This document shows, piece by piece, positions 30,345 through 43,892 of a stretch of DNA of 64,000 nt (within the stretch, counting starts at the first letter, position 1; each line of letters begins with the position of its first letter). The notes beneath the pieces are model-generated. The model searched no databases. It was not told the DNA's origin and was given only the letters and a program-made list of their open reading frames with translations. Where the stretch lies: contig OX597835.1 of the NCBI GenBank assembly GCA_951406725.2, forward strand, positions 33,666,001 through 33,730,000, in the 5' to 3' direction. Source of the stretch: Octopus vulgaris. Lineage: Eukaryota. A program made the position numbers and the translations under genes.

Positions 30345-30725
30345 TTGTTTTGAGTTCAAATTCCGCCGAGGTCAACTTTGCCTTTTATACTTTCGGGGTC
30401 GATAAATTAAGTACCAGTGAAACGCTAGGGTTGATGTAATTGACTACCCCCCCCACACACACACACTCCTCCAAAATTTCAGGTCCTGAGCCTTCAATAG
30501 ATTACTGTTAAGAATGCGTCAAGCTAGAATTGCCCGTTAGCACGTCGGCCAAAATGCTTAGCGGCATTCGTCCGTCTTTATTATCTGAGTTCAAATTCTG
30601 CCCAGGTCGACTTTACATTTCATCCAATAAGGGTCGATAAATTAACTACCAGCTGTACATTTACGTCGATGGTATCGACTCTCCACTCCCCGATATTGCA
30701 GCTCTTCTGCCAGCATTTGAAATCA
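30345..30725 (+). mobile_element. Two tandem Nin/Deu-domain-like SINE copies
   Basis: GAGTTCAAATTC.GCC.AGGTC.ACTTT.C.TTT.AT.C...GGGTCGATAAATTAA.TACCAG occurs twice; resembles the Nin/Deu central domain. Confidence 0.75.
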
Positions 30726-30929
30726 ACATAAATATTCCTGTCCAGACCTTATGTCTCTGGTTATGTAACTCATGTAATCTCACTAACTGAGTCAATGCAG
30801 AATAAAGAAGTAGTTTTAAATAAATTGCCAGAAACGCATCAAAGCATTACGAAAGAAATGACAGGATATTACCTTGTCGTTTCTCTTTTAATGTTGTCAA
30901 CGGACTAAAAGATACACTTTAAACTCTAC

Positions 30930-31145
30930 ATTCTTTTACTCCTCTACTTGTTTCAGTCATTTGACTGCGGCCATGCTGGAGCACCGCCTTTATAGTCGAG
31001 CAAATCGACCCCAGAGCTTATTCTTTGTAAGCCTAGTACTTATTCTATCGGGCTCTTTTGCCGAACCGCTAAGTGACGGGGACATAAGCACACCTGCAAT
31101 GCTAGGGGAACAAATATAGACACACAAACATACACAAACACACAT

Positions 31146-31178
<33 letters not shown>

Positions 31179-31340
31179 CGGGCTTCTTTCAGTTTCCGTC
31201 TACCAAATCCACTCACAAGGCTTTGTTCGGCCCGAGGCTATAGTAGAAGACACTTGCCCAAGGTGCCACGCAGTGGGACTGAACCCGGAACCATGTGGTT
31301 GGTAAACAAGCTACTTACCACACAGCCACTCCTGCACCTA
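30930..31340 (-). mobile_element. Complete microsatellite-bearing tRNA SINE
   Basis: Reverse complement of the 29666-30052 family. Confidence 0.9.
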
Positions 31341-31434
31341 CTCCTGCACATTGAGGAACTTTATTAAGAAATATTGTATCTCTAGCTCTAGGCTCCTTAG
31401 GTATGGTTACCTGTTTTCCCTGGCGTATAAGTAG

Positions 31435-31555
31435 CGACCCTGAAAGGATGAAAGGCAAAGTCGACCTCAGTGGAATTTGAACTTGAAATGTGAAGCGGGT
31501 CAAAATGCCGCTACGTCTTTTGGACAGCATGCTAAACATTATGCTTGCTCACTGC
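31435..31555 (-). mobile_element. Nin/Deu-like SINE fragment
   Basis: GAAAGGATGAAAGGCAAAGTCGACCTCAGTGGAATTTGAACT. Confidence 0.75.
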
Positions 31556-31935
31556 GTTACCAGACAGTATTACTGGTTTCAAATTTTTGCACAAGGCTCC
31601 TTGGGTATGGTTACCTGTTTTCCATGGCGTATAAGTAACCGAGAATACAAAATCCCCTCTGAACAAGTCGCCAGTCTGTCGCAGGGTTCTTCATTTAGAT
31701 CTGAGAGGAATGGACCACTGTGAAATGAAATGTTTTACTCAAGAGCACAAAGTATCGCTCGGTACGGGAGTCGAAACCGTGATATTGCGATCGTGAGTGC
31801 AGCACCTTAACCATAAAGCTACGTGCGTTCAATCTGAGAAACATACCTCCATGTTACTGCGTGTTTCGGGTAATTCTTCCAGAAAGAATATGTGCGATTG
31901 TATAATGTATTTCTTCTCTATTTGATGTATCCTTA

Positions 31936-32173
31936 TTTGAACCACGGTCTTCAACGCAGTCAGCAAGTTTGAGGAACAAAGAAGAGACGCACTTAAAGAC
32001 AAGATACGCAGGAAGAAGGCGCGAGCCGCCTCTGACACCACACAGGATGTTACCTTCGTCTGTGGACACTGCTCCCGGACCTGCTTTTCCCATATCGGAC
32101 TTGTCAGTCATGAGCGTGCATGCACGCGACGTGGACAACCTTCCTGATCTTCGTTCGCGAAGCCGAGCCATGA
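31936..32173 (+). mobile_element. RTE-clade LINE 3' end
   Basis: Plus-frame FEEQRRDALKDKIRRKK...FVCGHCSRTCFSHIGLVSHERAC, a C2H2-like C-terminus typical of RTE/BovB-like elements, then a short 3' UTR. Confidence 0.8.
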
Positions 32174-32914
32174 TTTGTACTACAATGGTGTTATTCCTTC
32201 GCCCAGAAGGGTAACCATCGATTTTTTCAAAAGATTCTTCACAAAAGTTTTTTCCGGAAACCTCTTTCGCAATGACTCTTTTCCATGCGAATTTTGTTCA
32301 GAGTTTGAGTGCCGCATGAACCATGAATCATTTAAGCTCGTTATCAGCTGTCAAAGCTCTTTTCTCCATGTTTTCTCTTCTTTTTATCAGATGAGATTTC
32401 TGCGATATTAATGCATCATTTTAATCCCTTTTAGTAATTTCTCTTGATCTCATATGAGCAGGAGAAGAAATACGGCAATCTTTTTGGATTTCAATATTGA
32501 ATACATACGCTGTTCGGTCTAACAGTACACCTCTATGTTTTACCTCACCGATTCTCAAACATTTTTCGCTTATTGACCGCTTTGATTCTATTTTACTCTG
32601 GTGGACCTCCATATCCATTTCTAGTTTTAACACTTCATTACATTTTTCTAGTTAAATATTATTAGGAATTTTTAAAATATTTTGTATATCGTTGAAGCGT
32701 AACTGATTTGTTAACAAATCTTATATAGAACTCCAAGGGTCATGTTCGTGTGTTTACGTTCCCGTAACTCGTAACAGTTCGGCAAAAGGGACTAACATAG
32801 TGTGTACCATGCTTTAAAAAATTAATAATTAATAGGGTCGATTCGTCAAACTGGTACCCTAACATGGCTGCAACCTAATGACTGGCACAAATAAAAGATA
32901 AAAGGTAGTTTGTT

Positions 32915-33063
32915 AACTGTGTGGTAAGTAGCATGCTTACCAACCACACGGTTCCGGGTTCAGTCCCACTGCGTGGCACTTTGGGCAAGTGCCTTCTACT
33001 ATAGCCTCGGGCCGACCAAATCTTTGTGAGTGGATTTGGTAGAAGGAAACTGAAAGAAGCCCT

Positions 33064-33065
<2 letters not shown>
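32915..33065 (+). mobile_element. tRNA SINE head/body, preceded by a degenerate tail at 32740-32900
   Basis: CTGTGTGGTAAGTAGC..GGGTTCAGTCCCACTGCGTGGCAC..GAAACTGAAAGAAGCCC. Confidence 0.85.
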
Positions 33066-33096
<31 letters not shown>

Positions 33097-33242
33097 TTGT
33101 GTGTCTGTGAACATCGGTGGGTCTTCTCTCATTACCAATAGGCCTTTTTGCATGATCACATCATAAAAGGTAAACCTCCACGAGAAAGAGACACTGCAGG
33201 AATTGCTTAAACATATTGCAAGATCTTCACTTATTGGTAATA

Positions 33243-33826
33243 ATAGCACTATGACCCGGCGTTGCCGAGTCTAGTGCTAGTCCTTGTTGTTCGTTGCAGG
33301 ATCGTTTTATGGCATTCTTAAGGAATGGTAGCATATCAAGCATATTTGGTCTTTCAGGAAAACCCCGCTCTCTTGACATTCACTTGGTCTGACTCGTTAA
33401 TTATTCCCTGCATTTCTCAAATGAAAAAAGCGTGCACGTTTGAAAGCCAAAACACATGATAACCCGTCTTCGCAAAACACAAAAATGCGCTGAGTCATAC
33501 AGACTATCTGCAAATGCGCACGCGTATTCAACCGTCAAGGGTAAAATTATCTCCGTCCAATCAAAAAACAGCTGGCAGTCTATTGGCGTATCTACAAATT
33601 TCTGTTTTAGCGATTTTTAATGGATATGCCCATAACTTATGGGCATTAGGGGTCGGTTTATCAATTTTTTAATGGCTTTCTGGGGTGACTGGGGAAATGA
33701 AACGATCTTCACGACCACCTCAGACAGTTTTGGAAGCCCATAGAAAATGCGAGCCATTCACGTGAAAAACTGTGGACACACAGACACACAGATACATAGA
33801 TATTTTGCCATATATAGATATAGAGA
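33243..33826 (-). mobile_element. Non-autonomous Helitron-like element
   Basis: Minus strand begins A|TCTCTATATC..; ends in hairpin CTCGGCAACGCCGGG then TAGTGCTAT (CTAG-like). Confidence 0.7.
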
Positions 33827-34031
33827 TAAGCTGTCGGAATATTGAAACCCTTCTGTACATTCAACAGGTTCTTAAGGTTACAAGCATTATGCCTCAGTAA
33901 ACAGTACACTTCACTTGAGAAGGGCAGTGGGGATTAAAATCTCCTTTGCCTATATACGGTTCAAACTATGTTCACTCGTCAAGCAAAACCAACTTTATAC
34001 ATAAAATTTTGAAATTGTAAATATGCATTTG

Positions 34032-34275
34032 TGTAGGCGCATGGTTCAGTGGTTAGGGTGTTACACTCATGGTTGTAAGATTGCAGTTTCGATTCCTGGA
34101 TCGAGCGAGCGATGCTTTGTGTTCTTGAGCAAAATACTTCATTTCGCCTTGCTTCAGTCCACTTAGCACACAAAAAGGAGTAATCCTGCGAGGGAAGGGT
34201 GTTCCGGACAACAAGTAACATATACGCTAGATAATCCGGGAAAACTGGCCGTGAGAGCCTATGCCTCGAAAGGAC
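34032..34275 (+). mobile_element. Diverged tRNA SINE with CORE-like body and V-type tail
   Basis: TGGTTCAGTGGTTAGGG..GTTTCGATTCC head; TGTGTTCTTGAGCAAAATACTT; tail CCGGGAAAACTGGCC..ATGCCTCGAAAGGA. Confidence 0.7.
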
Positions 34276-34701
34276 CTGTGATGTACATATGCACACACAT
34301 ACACACACACACATGCATACATACATATACATATATGCATAATACAAAAACGATGTATGCATATGTATTTATGCATGTATGTGTATATGAAAGATAATGA
34401 GTGTACGTGTGTATATTTGTATGTTTGTGTGTGTGTGTGTGTGTGCGTGAGAAAGAGAGAGAGTGAATACAAATACATTTAGCTGAACATGCACGAACAC
34501 ACACACACGCAGACATATACACACACTCACGCGCGCACGCAGACACACACACATATACACGTACACACATATACACGTACACCCATTAGCTTTCATATAC
34601 ACTTAGATGCATACATACATACATACATACATACATTACACACAATGAGCGAGTGTGTGTTTTACTATTCAACTCATGGACATTAAAGTCAATGGGTGTG
34701 C

Positions 34702-34741
<40 letters not shown>

Positions 34742-34772
34742 CGCGCATGCGAGCGTGTGTTGCACTTTTCAG

Positions 34773-34880
34773 CTCCCTCACCGACTTCAAAGCAAATGTC
34801 GGCTTCAGCAGGACATGGAATCAAAAGTAACCAAAACGAATTCTCTACGGAAATTACCATACCATCAGATGGAAAAACTG
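34773..34880 (+). other. Candidate internal coding exon (108 nt, phase 1-1)
   Basis: Acceptor TGCACTTTTCAG|, open frame (A)PSPTSKQMSASAGHGIKSNQNEFSTEITIPSDGKT(G), donor CTG|GCAAGT (GC type); non-repetitive. Confidence 0.3.
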
Positions 34881-34944
34881 GCAAGTTCGAAACCCCAATA
34901 AAATCAATACTCCTTTAATCCTTTTTGCGATACACACACAAACA

Positions 34945-35011
<67 letters not shown>

Positions 35012-35029
35012 AGAAACATACATATATAT

Positions 35030-35895
35030 ACACAGGCTGCAGTGAATATATTGTCGTCTAAATTACGTAAAAACGAAAATAACCCTGACATCTCATTTTA
35101 ACAGATATATTTACCACAATTGAATAAAAATATCTTGAAATATTAATGAGTGAATCTATTTAATAAAATCGCCATTGGCTGCAACCACGGCCTCCAAACG
35201 ACTTCGGAATTTCCTACAACTCTTCCACCCGGTCTCCTTATTTAGGTCGGTGAATACTGCCATAATCCTTGCCTTCAGTTCATTTTTGGTGTTACAAGTT
35301 TTGTTGGTCTCTCATTCAACTGCGCCCCACATATAATGATCAAAGGGGTTCCAAGCTGAGGAGTTAGGTGGCCAGATTTTAGGGGTGATGTTACAGAAAT
35401 TGTCTGAGAGCCATGACTGGGTTCTCCTGCTTTTGTGGAATGTTACAGGGTCCTGTTGCAAAACATATCGTCTTCCACCAGCCACCCTCTTGACCCAGGT
35501 CAGCACTACCTCCTCCAGGCACTAGATGTAAACCTCCGTGTTGAATCTGAGGCCGTGTGGGAAGATGAATGGAAGCATAACGTCGACATCACTAGTGATC
35601 ACTCTAAACACCATGATGTTGACTGGATGTTTGATTTTTTTCATTCTCGATACATGAACTGTCCTCAGATTGATAACCAAATACTCTGAAATGATCGTAT
35701 TGGAGTTTCCGGCGCGAATGCGAGGCAGTACAGCATGTCGTTTCCAAATTTCTAGCACAGTGAATTGCGTAATGGTGCTGTTATTTCTCAGAGGCGGTAC
35801 CCAACTGACCCTACTATACTGTGTAGTCAGTAAAATCAAAAACAATGCGCGAAATTTAAAATACAAAATGGCGACAAATTACCCATCACACTCTG

Positions 35896-35897
<2 letters not shown>
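35030..35897 (-). mobile_element. Tc1/mariner superfamily (DD37D/maT-like) internally deleted transposon
   Basis: HPVNIMVFRVITSD..PFIFPHGLRFNTEVY, YVLQQD, WPPNSSAWNPFDHYMWG (WPPxSPDLNPxD-like); imperfect TIRs TACA..TTGTCG in TA context. Confidence 0.82.
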
Positions 35898-35967
<70 letters not shown>

Positions 35968-36396
35968 TGTATGTGTGTAAGTATGCATGAATGTATGTAT
36001 CTATGCACGTGTGTATCTGTATACATATGTACACGTATATGTGCGTGTTTGTATATATATCAAAAGGAAAGGATACAGAATTTTGATAAGGGCAGAACAT
36101 TTTGTAACATTTGTAATTCTGAACTCTTCTATATTCTTTTCGCCAAGATTCCCCTAGTAAACACACTCATAGAAAAATCGTACAAATGTAAACATTGGCA
36201 GAAACACACTTTCCACTCATATAAATGATAAAGATAACCACTGTAGTTTTAACAATTAGCTTCACGTCCACACCACTGCCATAGACAAATTCTTTCATAT
36301 GCCTCCGAACATTCTTTCAATCAAAGTTTACTTCCTCCTCCCTACCTATTGCTCCGTTATATGTTCCATTGCTACTAAATATCTTTGACGTATGTT

Positions 36397-36427
<31 letters not shown>

Positions 36428-37041
36428 CAAACACACAGACACAAATTTTTCACCTTACTACTACGTATATTTGACGTTTGTCTCTCTCACACACACAATC
36501 ACACACACACACAGATACGAATGCAGTTATATACACACACTCATACACACACAAACACTCGCACTCATTAACACAAGCACACACCTGCACATCCCAATAC
36601 ATACAGCATACATATTGTCCCCTACCTATTTTTACCACTTCCTTCTTCTACGCATTTTTGACGTCAATGCTTATAACGGATTTTTTTTAAAAACACTCAT
36701 TATCACTGTGGTCACCATGTAGGCAATCATCAAACTTTTTTGTTCGTCTTGTGGCTGAGAGAGGCTCCTTATCTTTCCTGATAAATGCACCCTTTATTCC
36801 TTCGGAATAAAAGTATGCTGTCTTCGAAACATGTGTCGAGAGTAAAGGAATTTTGTTAACATCTTCGTTCGACTCCATTCTTTCATTTATTCATATAAAA
36901 AACACACAAACTTTCACACAAGAACCCGGAGTTTCTACCCTTGACAGGTCGGTTCAACCGTGTTTTCTGACGTGAATTTGCTACCCAGGTATCGGTTAAA
37001 CGAATTTTCCATGCTAGGATAATTCATTCACCTACTTAAAT

Positions 37042-37128
<87 letters not shown>

Positions 37129-37864
37129 ATATATATATATCCATACGTGTATATATACAGAATTTTACATGTTGGAGTGAAGCCTTAATATGCAAAAGAA
37201 TTTTGGGAGGTGGGTAAAGTTTGTAAACCGCAGTTACAGGTGTTCTTGCCGAAAGAAAACTTGCAGTTGTATATGCTGGCCTGAAAGTGATTTTTATTTT
37301 ATTTTTTGTTGTCAAAATTATACGTTATGAAAATCGTGTATAGAAGTAAATAATGGTTCAAGAACTATAAATTTATGTACTTTATAAAAAATCACAAATT
37401 AAATTTTAAATTTTAAAGTTAATTAGACTTATAATTTAACTTATGCGTTCATGAAGTTATGTAGTTGTAAACATATATATACGGAGTTGCGTAGAATTAG
37501 AATATAATTTTGCTGAAAATTATAAGCTATTAAATTGTCTATGGAAATAAATATGGTAGCAAATACTGTTATTAATTTAGGAAATTTATGATATTATATG
37601 TTGGCGAGTGATAGATAAATGGTAGGGAATCAAAATCAAATTAATATCTCAAGCATTAAGAAAATATGTGTTCACAACATCGAGTTGTAGCGTAGTTACT
37701 TATATATAAGTATGCAGTATTATGGACCCATTTCAGCAGATCTTAACAATCGGTTATTGGATAACAACGGATGGTGTTCTCTGAGGAGCATAAGGTGTGA
37801 CTTAAACATGTTTAACCGGTTATCTAATATCCACTGTGTAACCGACTAGTAAGATTGACTGTAA

Positions 37865-38254
37865 TCTATATATATAAAGTTGAAGTTGTCTGTGCATCGC
37901 AGGTTTGGTAGCCTTCAACTAACACTATCTTCTCCGAGACCCTGCGGCACAAATTGACCAAACTTGAGAGTTTGATACAAGAGAGGTTGCTCTTCCTTCC
38001 GTAAAAGGAAAAATTCAAATTGGACCATGTTAACACCAAAAAATTATTTACATCAAAAAGGTGCTTTTTTTATAAAAAAATCCCTAATTTTATGATTTTT
38101 TGACTGCTCTGTCGCCAAATTTTTGTGTATTTCAACCAGAAAAATGTTCACTTAAAGAGAATAACAAGCTACATAAGGCAAAATTTTTACTTTTCAAAAA
38201 TTCCAATTCTAAAGGGTCGAAACACACCCGAGCAATGCCGGGCGATACTGCTAG
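37865..38254 (+). mobile_element. Non-autonomous Helitron
   Basis: A|TC start, subterminal hairpin CCCGAGCAATGCCGGG (38227-38242), CTAG|T end. Confidence 0.8.
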
Positions 38255-38750
38255 TAGTCTATACTTTGATATTGACAAAATGTGATTGCATATATTTACT
38301 GATTTATAGATTCTTACGAGACAACGAATGTCTGTATATAGGCGCGCTCGTATGCGCGCGCGTAGGTGTGTGTGTATGTGTGTATTTACGTGCGTACATC
38401 TGTGGGTGTGTATGTGTGTGTGTGCGTAGCTATCAGGAATACAACTTTACGAAACAAATCTTTTCTTTAATTCATCGCACCGATAATCTACGGACATTTA
38501 TGCAAGTAAAATTACGTAATATGTTAATAGTGAAACATGAATGCGAATAATTCATATTTTTATTGCTTTTTCTTTTGTCTTGCTCGATTATGTTTCGTTT
38601 GCTAAATTTTTCTTGAGAACATTTCTTAGTGGTGAGACCATAGCGGATCTATTTCTAGCATAAGGTTGTCCACATAGTGGTTTCCCTCTAATATGTATAT
38701 AATACAATTTTACTGAACTTTCAATTTTTTATTCATGTGTGTGTGCGTGC

Positions 38751-38831
<81 letters not shown>

Positions 38832-39494
38832 GGGGTTATATGTTTTGAAAAATCGAGAGACAAATAGTTTTATGTTATAGACTAGGCACGGGCAGCCTTT
38901 TTCGCGAATAAGATGGCATGAGACAGAAATTAGCATCAAGCAGGCCGCACAAGACATAGCTCATGATGAGGTGGGCCGCACCTCTAGTAACTTTTTAGTT
39001 AATTTTTCTTTAGGCGTGCCCTTCAGAAAGTCCCATGGATCGTAGTTTGCTCATAACTGTTATGAACTAAACTATTTCAGTACCTCACAACTAACACTCT
39101 TACTCAACTACCAACCTGTTACAACTATCAGCCTTTCAGCACCTCTTTTTTGTTTATTAACCTTCCTTTTTTTATCCTTGTAGATTTTGAAAACTCGGGA
39201 ATTTTTTCATGGATTGTTTTGAGATTACTTTGAAGTTGCGTACAAATTTTGGAAAGATTTTTTTCAGAAACTGTACCTTCGTTTCAAACAGAACAATCAT
39301 TAAGCTTATGTATGTATATGTATATCTATTTTTATCTGTCTGTTCGACTTTGTTTCCGTCGGTCTGTCTTTCTGTCGGTTTATCTTTCTGTGCAGAGAGA
39401 AAATGTAAATACTATAAAGTAATTTAATTGACTTCAGCTGTTCCTCCAGACTCATAACAAAATTCATTGACGTCATCGCTAGTCTACATTCACA

Positions 39495-39897
39495 ATGACT
39501 ACAACGACGAGGATGACGACGACGATGGCGACGATGAGGAGGAAGAAGGGAAAGAGGTGGATGGTGGTGGTTGTGGTGGTTGTGGTGGTTGCAGAGATCA
39601 TTATGATGATGATAACGATAATAATAATGATGATGATGATGATATTATCAAGATCATGACATTCATGGTGATGATGATGATGATGAAGTGGATGATGATG
39701 GAGATGACGATAAGGATGTTAATAATCTTTTCTTCTCTAAGCACAAGGCCCGAAATTTTGAGGGAGGGACCATTTTGAGTGGCGTCGGCGGTGGTAATGA
39801 TGGCAGTGGTGGCGGCGGTGGTGGTGGTAGTGGTGGTGTTGAGGTGGATGATAATTGTTAAGTTAATGATGATGATGATGATCATGATGATTACGAC

Positions 39898-39931
<34 letters not shown>

Positions 39932-39965
39932 GTGTTGATGACGACGACGACGAAGAAGAAGACGC
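39495..39965. repeat. Degenerate (GAT)/(GGT)/(GAC) trinucleotide region
   Basis: Direct reading. Confidence 0.85.
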
Positions 39966-40304
39966 TAACGCACTTGATATTTACGCAGCCATTGTTACCT
40001 TTTTGTTTATATTCAATCTGTTTTTACAGATTCTTATCTGTTTATCCATTTAGTTTTAGTTCCATTTTATACCCTATTATTATCGCCCAATCAATTTTGA
40101 TTTTTGTTCCTTTTTTTTTTTGCTTATAGTTTGGCAACAGATTCCAGAGAAATGTTTTGAAAGGCGTCAATGATTCTTTCTCTAAAATACAAAAATTCCA
40201 AAACATTTTTACAAAAAAGGAACTTCATTTCGAGAAACACTGAATGTATTTAGCATATATATACATACATATATATATTATATGTGTGTGTTTGTGTGTG
40301 TGTG

Positions 40305-40442
<138 letters not shown>

Positions 40443-40450
40443 ATATATAA

Positions 40451-40516
<66 letters not shown>

Positions 40517-40564
40517 ATATATATATGTGTGTGTATGTATATATACATACACAATTTTTACACA

Positions 40565-41170
40565 TTTACTTGTTTCAGCCATTTTACTGTGGCTATGCTG
40601 GAGCACCGCCTTCAGTCGAGCAAATCGACCCAAGAGCTTATTCTTTGTAAACCTACTGCTTATTCTAAAACCGCTAAGTTACGGGGACATAAACACACCA
40701 GTATCGGTTGTCAAGCGATGTTGGGGGGACAAACATGAATATATATACATATATACGACGGGCTTCTTTCAGTTTCCGTCTACCAAATCCACTCACAAGG
40801 CTTTGGTCGACCCGAGGCTATAGTAGAAGCCACTCGCCCAAGGTGCCACGAAGTGGGACTGAACCCGGAACCGTGTGTGTGTATATATATATATGTATGT
40901 GTTTTTTGTTTGTATCTGCGTTTGTATATATGTATATGTTTGTGTGAGAGTGTTTATGCATCTGTCCGCCCACCATCTCTTGACAACCGATGCTGGTGTG
41001 TTTACGTCCCCGTAACTTAGCAGTTCGGCAAAGAGACCGATAGAATAAGTATTCTATACTAGGTTTACAATACTAGGCGTACAAAGAATAAGTTCTGGGG
41101 TCGATTTGTTTGACTAAAGGCGGTGCTCCATCATGGCCGCAGTCAAAATGACTGAAATAAATAAACGATT
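40565..41170. mobile_element. Two microsatellite-bearing SINE copies in opposite orientation (40565-40875 minus; 40975-41170 plus tail)
   Basis: Match to the 29666-30052 family. Confidence 0.85.
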
Positions 41171-41315
41171 AAAAGAAGAGAATAAAATAGAATGCGTGTG
41201 TTCGCGTACATGCGTGTGCGGTAGCGCGGGTGTGTGTATGTATGCATAGGTATATGCATATGTAGAAAAATTTATGACAATAAGTAGGAAACAGGTGTGG
41301 CATTAAAACTTAATA

Positions 41316-41406
41316 GAACATACACGCGTTTCAGAACAATGCCGAAATCATAAAATTGCTGTAGTAGAAACGTTATGCAATTAGGCACTTTACCTCATCA
41401 GTGTCC
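41316..41406 (-). ncRNA. Type I hammerhead ribozyme with elongated stem II
   Basis: Minus strand GGACA CUGAUGA [62 nt, with GUGCC/GGCAU and AAUUGC/GCAAUU pairings] GAAA C-GCGU-G UA|UGUUC. Confidence 0.75.
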
Positions 41407-41979
41407 TGCAATAAATACAACAATCGCTGTTACAGCTCCAAATGCATACACTTCACTACCGTTATGAAAATGATCAACAACCGTATAAAATAGTAGAGGA
41501 GAGACAAACCATCAAATCAAAGCATCAACCAGAGAACGTGAGAGATGAGGGTAGGAAAGGAGAGAGAATGAAAAGAGAAAACTTACAAATCATAAAAAAG
41601 AAATAGAAGGAAAGATAATATGAAGGGGGAAGAACACTAATCAATTTGAAAGCAATTGGTCAGCTAGGTCGTAAATCATTTGGGGGCTGTCTGGAAGATA
41701 TATAGAAACAAGTCCAATGCTAAAAACATGAAACCACATATACACAGACATACACACAAGCACGCACACTCGTGCATGAACAAACACATGTAGACAAGCA
41801 CGTACACAACACACATATACATATGTATACATAGAAATTACACACGTACACATAAATCCATAGACACATACCGATGCAACCATACAAATATACATACGTA
41901 CATATATAAATATATATATATACATATATACATATACATATATATATATATGTATATATATAAATATATATATATATTC

Positions 41980-42021
<42 letters not shown>

Positions 42022-42582
42022 ACATATATATATATATATATGTTTATATATAAATATATATATATTCATTTATATATATACATATATACATATATATATA
42101 TATATATGTCTATGTATATATGTATATATATATATATAAATGAATATATATATATTTATATATATAAATATATATATATGTATATATATATATATATGAA
42201 TATGTATATATGTATATATATACGCATATATATGCATAAACAAACGCACAGGTTCACATATATAACTATTATAAACGGCACATCCAAGCAACAAGCCATT
42301 AACTTGTCTCTATCAATCGAACTGTACAAATGCTAATCTATAGAAACACACAAATATATAAATATATACACGGTTACGCAGTACGTACATACACAAATAA
42401 AATGCAGAAAAATGTCTTAACACTGAAACGTGCACATACGTAACCATACCCACCCATACTCGTACAAATATACATACGTGCGAAAATGTATAACCATACA
42501 TGCGTTAACAAACACATTTGTACGTGGGTCTATGTATTCGTAAAGAGTGAAATAGCGCAAAATGTCAAACGGGTACGCTACG

Positions 42583-43095
42583 TAGGGTCATGCGTGGGTG
42601 GGTGGTAAGAATTTTGCTTCCCAACCACATTGTTCCGGGTTCAGTCGCACCGCCTTCTATCTTGGGCAAGAACCTTATTCTATAACTTTGGGCCGACCAA
42701 AGCCTTGTGAGTAGCTTTAATAGATGGAAACTGAAAGAAGCCTGTTATACGTGTATGTGTGTGTTTTTATGTCTTTGTGTCTACGTTTGTCCATCACACC
42801 GCTGTTTGGTAATCGGTGTTGGCGTGTTTATGTCCCGTACCCTAGTGGTTCATCCAAAGCGCTCATTTGGATAAGTACTTCTTTGAGTTCCCACCTGCCA
42901 AATCAACTCACAAGGCTTGGTGCTATAGTAGAGGGCCTGGTGCTATAGTAGAGGGCTTGGCTCTATAGTAGAGAGCCTGGTGCTATAGTAGAGAGTTTGG
43001 TGCTATAGAAGAAGAGACTTGCAGTACCATGCAGTGAAACCGAACCGTAAACCATATTTGGGAAAGAAATTTCCTGCCACGCAGTCATGCCTGTT
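42583..43095. mobile_element. Diverged SINE copies with a SINE-derived 20-bp tandem repeat (GGTGCTATAGTAGAGGGCCT x5, 42915-43010)
   Basis: Plus copy 42583-42880 and minus copy 42885-43095. Confidence 0.7.
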
Positions 43096-43204
43096 ATAGA
43101 AAAGACGTCGTAACGGCCTATACAGTGAGGCTCACGTGACACATTCGGAGATGGAATGATAAATTGGGAAACAAGGGAAAGATTTTATTTGGTAAATCAG
43201 AACA

Positions 43205-43322
43205 CATTAAAAGTCAACCCATTAAAACAACAACTCATTAAACCGGCAATCCATTAAAACAACCCATTAAAATGACAGCCCATTAAAATGACAGCCCATT
43301 AAAATATCAACTCATTAAAAGC
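43205..43322. repeat. ~16-bp minisatellite (CCCATTAAAATGACAG-like)
   Basis: CATTAAA recurs about 8 times. Confidence 0.8.
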
Positions 43323-43764
43323 CAAGGGGCATTTTCATTAGAAAAGAACTCCATTTCTAATTAACTTAAACTGTTAATTACTCTATTAGAATACGCCACT
43401 GAAAATCTTAACTTTTGCCCTTCACTTGTTTCAGTTACTGGACTCCAGTCATGATGGGGCACTGCCTTGCAGGGTTTTTTTTCCGAATAAATCGACCCCT
43501 GGACTTTTCTTAAAGCTTAGTACTTGTTCTACCTGTTTCTTCTATTGTATTTCGCTCTACTCAACATTTAAATACACTAATCGACTTGTACGTATTTGTC
43601 TAAATTTTCTATTATTAATATTATTATTATTATTATTATTATTGTTGTTGTTGTTATTATTATTATATATGTATACATATATATATATATATTTATGTAA
43701 GTATGTATATATATGTGCATATATATATATATATATATATATACATACATATATATACATATAC

Positions 43765-43819
<55 letters not shown>

Positions 43820-43852
43820 TAGATACATATACATATACATATATATATATAC

Positions 43853-43886
<34 letters not shown>

Positions 43887-43892
<6 letters not shown>

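Noticed and set aside
32175-32640. Coding-like unique stretch on the minus strand
   Set aside because: Stops in all frames and no recognisable motif.
36687-36878. 63-aa minus ORF, and CTGATAA...GAAACATGT with a hairpin
   Set aside because: No recognisable homology; the core lacks G8 and the flanking stems do not close.
42915-43010. Regular 20-bp repeats suggestive of CRISPR
   Set aside because: No spacers; eukaryotic context; derived from SINE body sequence.
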